Under the pieces are notes generated by a model, which was not told the DNA's origin, made no database searches, and worked only from the letters and a program-made list of their open reading frames with translations. Position numbers and translations under genes: made by a program. From Candidatus Altimarinota bacterium (GTDB taxonomy: Bacteria > Patescibacteriota > Gracilibacteria > UBA4473), in assembly GCA_965231215.1 (NCBI GenBank), contig OZ246423.1:672001-736000 (forward strand): 64,000 bases of DNA, in the 5' to 3' direction. Below are positions 1-9,389 of the stretch, one piece after another (positions within the stretch are counted from its first letter, which is position 1; every line of letters starts with the position of its first letter).

Positions 1-100
1 GATCATTATTAGCAAGAAAAAAAGGGAAAATAGGAGCTTCCAATCTTTTAGCGGATAAATACTGACTGGCCCTGAAGCTATATGAGTGAGGATTGCTTCC

Positions 101-520
101 TTACTTACTTTTTTTGGATGGTTTATTTTCATCTTTAGGAGTACTTTTAGTGTTTTCTTCCTCGGGATCATCTAGTCGGTAGTACCTTCGTAGAGCTTCC
201 TCCCTCCCTTTAGAAATTTTTTTGGAACCACAAATCCCACAGACTTCTCGTGTTTTTTTCCCGAAGGTTTTTATGTCTGGCGGAACAATAGCATGACAGT
301 CATGGCAGTAAATAGCCATGGGAACGGGTTTGTGATTGTTCCAGTCTACCTGTCGGTATTGGGCTCGGGTTTCATTAGTAATAATACGGTTTACCGATCC
401 CATAGCCTCTTCCCAGTTTTCTAGGGCGATTTTCCCAGATCCTTTGCCTTCTAATTGGAACTCATTTAAGAAGGAGTCCTTTTTAACGGCTTTGTCTGAT
501 TTTTTAAATTTTTGTACCAT
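101..520 (-). CDS. hypothetical protein with putative zinc ribbon
   Basis: 139-aa ORF with CHDC...CGIC cysteine pairs. Confidence 0.7.
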   Translation of the reverse strand: MVQKFKKSDKAVKKDSFLNEFQLEGKGSGKIALENWEEAMGSVNRIITNETRAQYRQVDWNNHKPVPMAIYCHDCHAIVPPDIKTFGKKTREVCGICGSKKISKGREEALRRYYRLDDPEEENTKSTPKDENKPSKKSK

Positions 521-523
521 GTT

Positions 524-1066
524 TTATTCTTCGTTATCGTGAGCAGATTTAGATGATTTCTGTTGATCGGGATGCTGAAAAAACTTTTTAGCTTCGTGTT
601 GCCGGTCTAGTTGGTAGTTTAAGAATGTAGCGACAAGAGCCGAAACCTGGGCCACAAAAGCCACAAAAATACCAAACCGAATCTCGTGGTCTCCAAAATC
701 TTTTCCAGTATAAACCAGGACAGACCACACAAGGATGAGCAACAAAATCTGTTCAACTCCAGCTATAAAGTACAGTAGATTCTCCCCAAAAGGAAGTTTA
801 ACTGTCTCTTTTTCAAAAAGGCGATCCAAAAACAAAAGCGTAATGATCAATGAAATCACAAAAATAAAAGTTCCAATCAAAAATCCAGGCCCCTGAAAGG
901 CATTATAAAAAAAGGTTGGCTCGTAGGCAGGATCAGCCTCAAACCAAGGGAAAAAGCACACAATTAAAGTAATGGCATGAGCGGCTAAAATAACCTTTTT
1001 TTCAAAGTTTAGCTGTCTTAAATTTTTGTGGACATACGCGTATCGCATCGCTTGAGATTGTACCAT
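524..1066 (-). CDS. hypothetical membrane protein (about 4 TM helices)
   Basis: four hydrophobic segments; co-oriented with and 3 bp from 101..520. Confidence 0.75.
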   Translation of the reverse strand: MVQSQAMRYAYVHKNLRQLNFEKKVILAAHAITLIVCFFPWFEADPAYEPTFFYNAFQGPGFLIGTFIFVISLIITLLFLDRLFEKETVKLPFGENLLYFIAGVEQILLLILVWSVLVYTGKDFGDHEIRFGIFVAFVAQVSALVATFLNYQLDRQHEAKKFFQHPDQQKSSKSAHDNEE

Positions 1067-1176
1067 TTTTTACTAAAACGCAAACCCCTTAAAGACCCCC
1101 TCCCGGTTGTACCGTCTTCCAAACCCCCCTGGCAAGATTTTTCTGCCTGCGGGGTTCCTTTTTTTGTTGAGCTTGA

Positions 1177-1212
1177 TTATACAGAAATAAAATAAAAAAA
1201 TTATATGTCAAT
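1177..1212 (-). promoter_or_regulatory. sigma70-type promoter for the 1066/520 genes
   Basis: minus strand has TTGACA and TATAAT hexamers upstream of a ~110-nt GC-rich leader; hexamer spacing is longer than canonical. Confidence 0.4.
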
Positions 1213-1248
1213 TTTTACCATGAATTTGTATTTTGGCAAGTAAAAACT

Positions 1249-2697
1249 ATGATTAAACTCCCTAAGCAAAAACGAATGACTCAGCGTGTTTATCTTACCA
1301 CTCCCATCTACTATGTGAACGACATTCCTCACATAGGACACTCTTATTGCACCTTGGCCACAGACACCTTGGCGCGTTATTGGAGGGGGCGATTGGGCAA
1401 AGAAAATGTTTATTTTCTTACGGGGACCGATGAGAACTCACAAAAAACAGTAGAGGCGGCTGAAAAATCAGGCAAGCCCGTAGACCAATATTTAGATGAA
1501 ATGGCTCAAAATTGGCGTACCACCTGGGACCAAATTGGGATTTCTTATGATGATTTTATCCGCACGACAGAAGAGAGACATATCAAAGTGGTTCAGGATG
1601 TTTTACAAAAAATTTATGATAATGGAGATATTTATAAAGGCAAATATGAGGGACTGTACTGCACAGGATGTGAAGCATTCAAAAAAACAACAGACTTAGA
1701 TGAAAACGGACACTGTCCAGACCATAAAAGGCCGCCAGAAAAGTTAGTAGAAGAAAATTATTTTTTTCGGCTTTCAAAGTATGAAGCCCAACTTTTAGAG
1801 CTTTTTGACAATGATCTCTTGGCTCCAGAATCGCGGAAAAATGAAATGGTTAATTTTATTAAATCTGGTCTAGAAGACATTTCTATTTCACGAGAGGGCG
1901 CGGAAATTGGAATCCCTTTTCCGTTCGATGAGAGTCATAAAATTTATGTATGGGTGGATGCTTTAATCAACTATGTTTCAGGGAGTCCTGGAATAGATTT
2001 TTGGGAAAACGTGACGCATGTAATTGGGAAAGATATCTCTAAATTTCATACCATTATCTGGCCGGCAATGTTGCTCAGTGCGGGGATAGCCCCCCCCAAA
2101 CACGTATTTGCCCATGGCTTTTTTACCGTTGATGGAACCAAGATGTCTAAAAGTTTGGGCAATGTGATCAACCCAATAGATTTATCTGAAAAATTTGGAA
2201 ACGATGCCTTGAGAGTAGGGCTACTTTCTTCTTTTGAGTTTGGAAACGATGGAAACTTCTCGGCTGAAAACTTTGAAAATTTTTATGAATCCAAGCTTGC
2301 CGGAGGCGTGGGGAACCTTTTTAATCGAGTGATTGTGCTATTGCATAAGTTCATGGATGGTGAGGCTCCAGAGCCAAAAGCCTGTGAGCCAGGCACTGAG
2401 TTGAGACAAAAATTTGATGATCTCATGGAGGCTAAACAGCTAAAAGGAGCCATAGATTTTTATTTTGAAGTGGTAGACATGGCCAACCAAAGACTCAACG
2501 AAACCGAAGTTTGGAAAATGGCCAAAACAGAGCCACAGGAAGCTGAGAAAGTCTTTACCGAACTCTATGGTTATCTGTGTTTCCTGACTCAGATGGCAGA
2601 AACCCTCCTTCCAGAAAGTCACCCAAAGATGAAGGCTATGCTTGGAAACGGGGGAAAGGTGGGAGAACCAAAAATTTTGTTTGAAAGACCCACTTGA
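1249..2697 (+). CDS. metG: methionine--tRNA ligase, short form without C-terminal dimerisation domain
   Basis: YLTTPIYYVN, HIGH, GTDE, YVWVDAL and KMSKS motifs; true start may be ATG at 1276. Confidence 0.97.
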   Translation: MIKLPKQKRMTQRVYLTTPIYYVNDIPHIGHSYCTLATDTLARYWRGRLGKENVYFLTGTDENSQKTVEAAEKSGKPVDQYLDEMAQNWRTTWDQIGISYDDFIRTTEERHIKVVQDVLQKIYDNGDIYKGKYEGLYCTGCEAFKKTTDLDENGHCPDHKRPPEKLVEENYFFRLSKYEAQLLELFDNDLLAPESRKNEMVNFIKSGLEDISISREGAEIGIPFPFDESHKIYVWVDALINYVSGSPGIDFWENVTHVIGKDISKFHTIIWPAMLLSAGIAPPKHVFAHGFFTVDGTKMSKSLGNVINPIDLSEKFGNDALRVGLLSSFEFGNDGNFSAENFENFYESKLAGGVGNLFNRVIVLLHKFMDGEAPEPKACEPGTELRQKFDDLMEAKQLKGAIDFYFEVVDMANQRLNETEVWKMAKTEPQEAEKVFTELYGYLCFLTQMAETLLPESHPKMKAMLGNGGKVGEPKILFERPT

Positions 2698-2748
2698 GAA
2701 AAATTTGTGAGTGATTAACCTCGGCTTAGAAATTTAAACTTTATACAT

Positions 2749-3237
2749 ATGTTATTCTTCAAAAAATGGTTCGGAAAAAAATCAGGGGACACGTGTTGTG
2801 GGCACTGTAAATCAAATCAAAAATCAGATTTAGATTTAAACCTTTCAGAAAGTGATAAAGCCGCGCTCAAAAAAGCCGCAGAAACGGTAGTCGTTGGAAA
2901 AATTTTGACCATTAGATCTCACACAGACCCCAAAATAACCAAAGTGCGTATTACTAAATGTGCGATTGGAAGCGATGAAGGCGAAGTAGAACAAATTTTA
3001 TGCGGGGGGATCAACATTGAAGAAAATATGATTGTTCCAGTAGCTAAAATGGGAACAGATCTTGGTGGAGGATTTGTTATTGGGGAACGAGAAATTCGTG
3101 GAGAAATGTCTCGAGGAATGATTTGTTCGCGTGAAGAGCTAGGACTTTCTATGCCCGAAAAAGAGAAGGGAGGCATTTGGCCGCTCCCCCCTCATTTTGA
3201 AAAAGCTCTGGGAACCCCGCTTAGAGATTTAGCCTAG
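2749..3237 (+). CDS. stand-alone tRNA-binding OB-fold protein (PheT B2/YtpR-like)
   Basis: VVVGKI...QILCGG.N...IRGEMSRGMICSREELGL motif. Confidence 0.85.
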   Translation: MLFFKKWFGKKSGDTCCGHCKSNQKSDLDLNLSESDKAALKKAAETVVVGKILTIRSHTDPKITKVRITKCAIGSDEGEVEQILCGGINIEENMIVPVAKMGTDLGGGFVIGEREIRGEMSRGMICSREELGLSMPEKEKGGIWPLPPHFEKALGTPLRDLA

Positions 3238-3282
3238 ATTGACTTTTTGGCTTAAATACTTAGTCTCGAGCCACTCAAAAGC

Positions 3283-5664
3283 ATGAAGATTTCTTGGAAT
3301 TGGTTACAAGAGTTTGTGGCAGTGAAAAAACCTGCAGAGCAAGTAGGTGAAAGCCTTACCCTGCACACAGCCGAACTGGAAGATATAGATTATCTTGAAG
3401 ACATCTATAAACATATTTTCTTTGGAAAGTTGGTTTCTTTTAGGCCACACAAAGAGGCAGAGAAACTTTCAGTAGCGGAATTTGATCTAGGGGAGCATGG
3501 GAAAAAACAGATTATTTTTGGAAAAGTACATGAAGTTTTTGAGGGAGAAATTTACCCTATAGCCCTTGGCGGAACAACGCTGATCTCAGGGATTGAAATT
3601 AAAGAAGGGGAAATTCGAGGAGAGCTTTCACAAGGCATGATTTGTGATAACACTGAGTTAGGACTCAAAAACGAAGATCTTATGCGATTTTCCAATAACA
3701 AGCTTATTGGAAAACGTTTTAGCGAAGTGTTCAAAGAATGCCAAGAGGCTATTTTTGATATCGATAATAAAAGCCTTACTCATCGACCAGATCTAATGGG
3801 ACATCGTGGATTTGCTCGGGAGTTAGCGGTTATTTTTGGGAGTAAACTGGTATTGCCAGAACCTTTAGCCTCCCTACCACAGCAGGCTCCAGAGTTTCCA
3901 GTAAAAGTTGAAACCCAAAACTGCCGAAGATTTTGTGCTCTCAAAATAGAAAATATATCGGTGGAACCAAGCCCACTAGAAAAACAGCTAAGACTTGAAC
4001 ATTTAGGAACCAAAGCTATTTCTAATCTGGTGGATATTACCAATTGGATCATGCTGGAATACGGCCAGCCAATGCATGTATTTGATGCTGATAAAGTCGA
4101 AGGAGCCCTCATTATACGTCAGGCTAAAGAGGGGGAAAGACTCCTCACTCTTGATGGGAACGAATACGAACTTACAGAAGAAGACACAGTTGTAGCCGAT
4201 GAAAATAAAGTCCTCTCTCTTGCCGGCGTCATGGGCGGATTGGAGAGTTCTGTTACCCAAACCACGACAAAGGTTATTTTTGAAGCGGCAAATTGGGATC
4301 CAGTGGCGGTGAGGAAAACCTGTCAAAGACATGGACTCAGAACTGAAAGTTCTATGCGATATGAAAAATCGCTTGACCCAGAAGCCTGTAAAAAAGCCGT
4401 TATTGCAGCGGCTGAATATACATCGGAGTGCTGTAGAGGGGCGCAAAACAATCACCGTATTAGCGATGTGTATCCAACGGTATTTTCCAAAATTTCCATT
4501 ACACTCAATCCAGAGAAAGTACGATCTATCGCTGGGTGCGAAATCAAGGATGCACAGATGGAGAAAACCCTTTCAGCCCTTGGCTTTGGAGTAAAGAAAT
4601 CCGGGAAAAACTTTAAAATAGAAGTTCCTTCATACAGAGCGACCAAGGATATCTCTACCGCAGAAGATTTAGCGGAAGAAATAATTCGAATTCATGGATT
4701 TGAAAATATTCCTTCCAGTCTTCCGACGCTCCCAGTAGCGCCACCGGATCAGAATTTTTTACGCCAGTTTGAATGGAAATTTAGAAACTTTGCGAGCTCA
4801 AGAGATTTTTTGGAGCTTTATAATTATTCATTTGTAAGCCATACAGACCAAGAATTTACTGGGGAATCCGATTATGTAACCATAGAAAACCCACTCTCTG
4901 AAGCCTATCAGTTTTTACGGAAAAACCTGGTTTCAAACACCCTGAAGTCTCTCGAATCAGAACTCAGAACTCATGGGAAATTAGATTTTTTTGAACTAGG
5001 AAAAACCTACAAGCCACAAGATGGAGTTTTGCCAAAGGAGGTGCTGTATGGGATGCTTTTCTCTGCCACCCTCGAGGGAGATGAAAACGAGATGTTCTAC
5101 AAGCTCAAAAAAGAGTTTACGACATTTCTGTCTCACTGGGGCCTTCAAGCTGAATTTGTGCCCACCAGCAAAACTCAAAAATACGAACATCCGTCAAAAA
5201 CAGCCGACATTATTATTGATCAACGTTTTGTCGGCCGTATTTCCGTACTACATCCACAGTTTCAAGTAGGTGAAAAAAGCGCTATTGTGTTTCTGGAAGT
5301 GGATATGGAGAAATGTTGTAATGCCTGGAGAGCCGTGGAGGATCAGTATACAAAACTAAGCCCTTTTCCTTCTGTCCGAAGAGATATTTCTTTGGTGCTC
5401 CCAGAAAAAGTGCTTATTTCGCAGATTGAACGGTCAGCCTTTGGGGCTTGCCCAGGGCTTCAAAAAATAGAGCTTTTTGATGAATACCAAGATGAAAAAT
5501 TCTTGGGGAAAGGGCTTAAAAATTTAGCCTTCCATCTAGAATTTCAATCATCAGATCACACCCTCCAAGAAGCCGAGATAGAAACCATTTTTCAAGCGGT
5601 GGTCACGGCATTAAAAAAAGATTTAGGAGCGCAGCTACGACTTGAATTTGATAACGCAAAATAA
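3283..5664 (+). CDS. pheT: phenylalanine--tRNA ligase beta subunit
   Basis: MKISWNWL start, HRPDL..HRG.ARE, GQPMHVFD, C-terminal FDX-ACB domain (RRDISLV). Confidence 0.96.
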   Translation: MKISWNWLQEFVAVKKPAEQVGESLTLHTAELEDIDYLEDIYKHIFFGKLVSFRPHKEAEKLSVAEFDLGEHGKKQIIFGKVHEVFEGEIYPIALGGTTLISGIEIKEGEIRGELSQGMICDNTELGLKNEDLMRFSNNKLIGKRFSEVFKECQEAIFDIDNKSLTHRPDLMGHRGFARELAVIFGSKLVLPEPLASLPQQAPEFPVKVETQNCRRFCALKIENISVEPSPLEKQLRLEHLGTKAISNLVDITNWIMLEYGQPMHVFDADKVEGALIIRQAKEGERLLTLDGNEYELTEEDTVVADENKVLSLAGVMGGLESSVTQTTTKVIFEAANWDPVAVRKTCQRHGLRTESSMRYEKSLDPEACKKAVIAAAEYTSECCRGAQNNHRISDVYPTVFSKISITLNPEKVRSIAGCEIKDAQMEKTLSALGFGVKKSGKNFKIEVPSYRATKDISTAEDLAEEIIRIHGFENIPSSLPTLPVAPPDQNFLRQFEWKFRNFASSRDFLELYNYSFVSHTDQEFTGESDYVTIENPLSEAYQFLRKNLVSNTLKSLESELRTHGKLDFFELGKTYKPQDGVLPKEVLYGMLFSATLEGDENEMFYKLKKEFTTFLSHWGLQAEFVPTSKTQKYEHPSKTADIIIDQRFVGRISVLHPQFQVGEKSAIVFLEVDMEKCCNAWRAVEDQYTKLSPFPSVRRDISLVLPEKVLISQIERSAFGACPGLQKIELFDEYQDEKFLGKGLKNLAFHLEFQSSDHTLQEAEIETIFQAVVTALKKDLGAQLRLEFDNAK

Positions 5665-5665
5665 C

Positions 5666-5911
5666 ATGGTATTTTTTTGGAAAAAAAATCGTAATTTAGA
5701 AGCTTCAGAAGAAGCCGCAGAACCAAAGAAGAAAAAACGAGGCCTCTTCACGGGACTTATTGTGGGGGGAGCTGTAGGGTCTGTAGTGTCTATTCTTTTT
5801 GCTCCAGACAAAGGAGAAAACACTCGAGCCAGAATTTCTAAAAAAAGTGGTGAACTTTTTGATGAAGGGAAATCGAAAGCCGAAGAGTTTTTGGATAAGT
5901 ATAGAAAATAA
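5666..5911 (+). CDS. YtxH-domain protein
   Basis: GLIVGGAVGSVVSILFAPDKGENTR motif; ATG at 5666 preferred. Confidence 0.8.
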   Translation: MVFFWKKNRNLEASEEAAEPKKKKRGLFTGLIVGGAVGSVVSILFAPDKGENTRARISKKSGELFDEGKSKAEEFLDKYRK

Positions 5912-5971
5912 GGTTTTCGAACCAGATTCCCTTGCAATTTTTTTGGTTTCGGGCAAAAATGAGCGGCTATT

Positions 5972-7936
5972 ATGAGTGATCAAATTTTTAAACTGGCTTC
6001 GGATTTTGACCCTACAGGCGACCAACCACAGGCGATTAAGCACCTAGTAAAAGGCCTAAATAATGGCCTACGTCATCAAACCCTTTTGGGGGCCACAGGG
6101 ACTGGTAAAACTTTTACCATGGCCAATATTATTCAAGAAATACAAAAGCCAACCCTTATCTTGGCCCATAACAAAACGCTGGCCGCGCAGCTCTGTGCGG
6201 AGTTCCAACAGTTTTTCCCAAATAATGCGGTGAGTTACTTTGTGTCTTATTATGACTACTATCAACCCGAAGCCTATATGGCCAAGACTGATACTTTTAT
6301 TGAAAAAGAGGCCACCATCAACGAAGAGATCGCTAAATTCCGTCATGCTGCAACCGTAAATCTATTGACCCGAAAAGACGTAATTATTGTAAGCTCAGTT
6401 TCTTGTATCTACGGTTTGGGAGATGTAGAAACGTATGAAAAATTGGCACTTCGTCTAGAAGTTGGTAAAAACTATCCACGAAAAGAGCTTTTACGAAAAC
6501 TCATAGACATCCAATACCAACGAGTAAAGACCGACTTTAACCGAGGGACTTTTGAAGTACTGGGAGACATCATCACCATCTTTCCTCCTAATAGTGATAC
6601 AGCTTACCAACTTGAATTTTGGGGAGATGATCTAGAACAAATTACAGAAGTGGATGGCTTTACTGGTGCCACGCTTCAGACGATGGATGACTGTATGGTT
6701 TTCCCAGCCAAACATCAGGTGACTACTCAAGACGTGATTGACAGAGTGGTGAAAGAAATTGAAGCGGACTTGGTTATTCGAGAGGCCGAACTACGAGCGG
6801 CCGGAAATGGACTGGCTGCGCATAGGATTAACCAAAGGACTAAATATGACATAGAAATGCTCCGTGAAATGGGATATGTAAATGGGATTGAGAATTACAC
6901 GCGCTATCTTTCAAATTCAGCCCCAGGCGCCCCCCCCGCCACCCTTTTGGACTACTACCCAGAGGACTTTGTGTGCTTTGTAGATGAATCACATATTTCC
7001 ATTCCTCAGATAGGGGGAATGTATAACGGCAATCTCAGCCGAAAAGAAAGCCTTATTGAGCACGGATTCCGGCTGCCTTCGGCTCTAGACAATAGACCGC
7101 TTAAATTTGATGAATTTGAATCAAAAATTAATCGAGCCGTGTATGTCTCTGCCACCCCTGGGAAATATGAATATGAAAATTCTGACAAAGCCGACATTGT
7201 AGAACAAATCATCCGCCCAACCGGCCTACTGGATCCAAAGATTGAGATAAGACCGACCAAGAATCAGATTGATGATATTATGGTCGAAGTTAAAGCCACA
7301 CTAAAGAAAAAAGACAGAGTGCTTATTACTACGGTGACCAAAAAATCGGCGGAGGATCTGGCCGAATACCTTATTGAACAGGGAGTCAAAGCCAAATATC
7401 TGCATTCAGAAATTGAAACGCTAGAGCGAATTGAAATTCTCACCGAACTTCGTGAAGGGAAAATAGAGGTGATCGTAGGAATTAATCTTTTGCGGGAAGG
7501 GTTGGATCTCCCAGAGGTTTCTCTTATCTGTATTTTAGATGCGGATAAACAAGGATTTTTACGTTCACGGGATTCGCTTCTTCAGATTATTGGACGAGCG
7601 GCTCGTAATAGTGAAGGGCGAGTGTTGATGTACGCACATAGTGAAACAGACGCGATGAAACAGGCCATTGGTGAAACCAACCGGCGACGAACCATTCAAG
7701 AAGCTTATAATAAAAAACACGGAATAACGCCTACAACGGTTAAAAAAGCCATCGTAGATATTTCCAAAGACTTGGGAGGAAAAACGCGGGATTTCAAAAA
7801 AATCAGCAAAAAAGACGACATTAAAAAGGCTATCAAAGAACTGAACCATGAAATGGCGCTATCGGTGCAAAATCTCGATTTTGAACGAGCAGCGGCGCTT
7901 CGAGATGAAATTATTGAGCTAGAGCGGAAAAGTTAA
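5972..7936 (+). CDS. uvrB: excinuclease ABC subunit B
   Basis: PTGDQPQAI, GATGTGKT, YYDYYQPEAY, DESH, C-terminal UVR domain. Confidence 0.98.
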   Translation: MSDQIFKLASDFDPTGDQPQAIKHLVKGLNNGLRHQTLLGATGTGKTFTMANIIQEIQKPTLILAHNKTLAAQLCAEFQQFFPNNAVSYFVSYYDYYQPEAYMAKTDTFIEKEATINEEIAKFRHAATVNLLTRKDVIIVSSVSCIYGLGDVETYEKLALRLEVGKNYPRKELLRKLIDIQYQRVKTDFNRGTFEVLGDIITIFPPNSDTAYQLEFWGDDLEQITEVDGFTGATLQTMDDCMVFPAKHQVTTQDVIDRVVKEIEADLVIREAELRAAGNGLAAHRINQRTKYDIEMLREMGYVNGIENYTRYLSNSAPGAPPATLLDYYPEDFVCFVDESHISIPQIGGMYNGNLSRKESLIEHGFRLPSALDNRPLKFDEFESKINRAVYVSATPGKYEYENSDKADIVEQIIRPTGLLDPKIEIRPTKNQIDDIMVEVKATLKKKDRVLITTVTKKSAEDLAEYLIEQGVKAKYLHSEIETLERIEILTELREGKIEVIVGINLLREGLDLPEVSLICILDADKQGFLRSRDSLLQIIGRAARNSEGRVLMYAHSETDAMKQAIGETNRRRTIQEAYNKKHGITPTTVKKAIVDISKDLGGKTRDFKKISKKDDIKKAIKELNHEMALSVQNLDFERAAALRDEIIELERKS

Positions 7937-8478
7937 TGTTTTTGCCGCCACTTATAGAGCCCGTGTAGGGCTAAAATTATTTCTACTAACGCTCGGAGCA
8001 GCAAAATATAGGTGCCTGTTACAATATTAAAACCGATAGCAAAAATATGCTGTGTGAGCGAAATCCACCACCCTTTAGCATTTTTTCGTCCCCACAGAAC
8101 CTGCTTGGTAAAGATAAAAAACCACATCAACACCTCCCACCAAGCCTGGAGTATCCATCCGGGCCAAAACAGGATTAGGCTTACGGTAAACCAGGGAATA
8201 ACTAGATAATCAGTTAACAGCGCCTTTTTTCGATTTGAGGCTTCCCAATCCCAAATAGTCAAATTTCGAATCCCTAGGAGTAAGGTTGCAAAAGAATTTA
8301 CTACCGTGAGCCAAAAGCCTTTGTGCCAAAACACAATAATAATACCCAAACAAAAGAGGAGATAAAGAAGCCAGGCCCACCGTTTTTTGAGTGCTAAAAA
8401 ATAACTGAAATTAAAGACAGCGACTACAGCCATGGCCTCTACTAGCCACAAGGGATTATTAAAATATTCAGAAAGCAT
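7933..8478 (-). CDS. PnuC-family (nicotinamide riboside/vitamin) transporter-like membrane protein
   Basis: two-fold internal TM repeat, Trp-rich, ends G.YKW as in PnuC-type proteins. Confidence 0.6.
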   Translation of the reverse strand: MLSEYFNNPLWLVEAMAVVAVFNFSYFLALKKRWAWLLYLLFCLGIIIVFWHKGFWLTVVNSFATLLLGIRNLTIWDWEASNRKKALLTDYLVIPWFTVSLILFWPGWILQAWWEVLMWFFIFTKQVLWGRKNAKGWWISLTQHIFAIGFNIVTGTYILLLRALVEIILALHGLYKWRQKH

Positions 8479-8481
8479 TTT

Positions 8482-9387
8482 CTACAATTTAGCCAGGAGT
8501 TCTGAAATATCTTGATGTTGTACCTCTTCAACAAGCGTAGGCGCCCCTTCATCACGGTGTTCTACAGCGTCTAGGAAGTTAGTTCTGTCTGGGTTGTGAT
8601 AGATCAGCCCCAAATAAAATGGATCTTGTGACAAAGCTATTTCACGAGCCCAAGTGAGATTGCTTGGGTCGTAATTTTCATGTTCGTCAGTTATACGTTT
8701 GATGTGCTCTAAGTACCATTCATGAGTGATGAATTTATTGTAGGTGGGACAGGCTTGTAAAATATTGATGAAGGCAAATCCTTTATGGTTGAGCCCTGTG
8801 CGAATCGTTTCGGTCATGTGGTCTACATCCGCACTACAGGTTTGAGCCACAAACGAAGGTTTTAAACTCAGCACAACTTCTAACGGATTAAACGGCTCTA
8901 GTCCGGTTCCGTCTGGAGCCGCATTCATCTTTTGGCACTTTGGGGTTAGAGCAGAAGGCTGCCCAGTGGTGAGCGCATAGTTTTGATTATCATGCATGAT
9001 AAAGGTTACCGGATAATCATTCCGAACCGCATGACACAAGTGACCAATCCCTTCAGAAAAGGTAGCTCCATCTCCGGCTTCGGCTATGACATGCATTTTG
9101 TGGTTAGCAATTTTAAACCCAGCCGCGAGGGGTAAAACACGCCCATGCAGCCCATGGATAGTGTGGCCCTCAATTTTGTCCGAACCATTCCCAGAACATC
9201 CTACATCGTAACAAAACAGCACTTCATTTCGTGAAATATTTTCTAGGGTTAGGGCTCGCTTTAGGGCATTTTGGATACCATAATTTCCACAACCTCCACA
9301 CCACCAGTTGATAGTTTCATCACGAGTAGAGAAAGATTCATGTAAGTCTTTTTTGTTAATGAGAGCCGATATTTGTGATGGATCCAT
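8482..9387 (-). CDS. 2-oxoacid:ferredoxin/flavodoxin oxidoreductase beta subunit (TPP-binding)
   Basis: WCGGCGNY, GCS, HGR, GDG...DNQNYALTTGQ, QACPTYN. Confidence 0.93.
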   Translation of the reverse strand: MDPSQISALINKKDLHESFSTRDETINWWCGGCGNYGIQNALKRALTLENISRNEVLFCYDVGCSGNGSDKIEGHTIHGLHGRVLPLAAGFKIANHKMHVIAEAGDGATFSEGIGHLCHAVRNDYPVTFIMHDNQNYALTTGQPSALTPKCQKMNAAPDGTGLEPFNPLEVVLSLKPSFVAQTCSADVDHMTETIRTGLNHKGFAFINILQACPTYNKFITHEWYLEHIKRITDEHENYDPSNLTWAREIALSQDPFYLGLIYHNPDRTNFLDAVEHRDEGAPTLVEEVQHQDISELLAKL

Positions 9388-9389
9388 TT

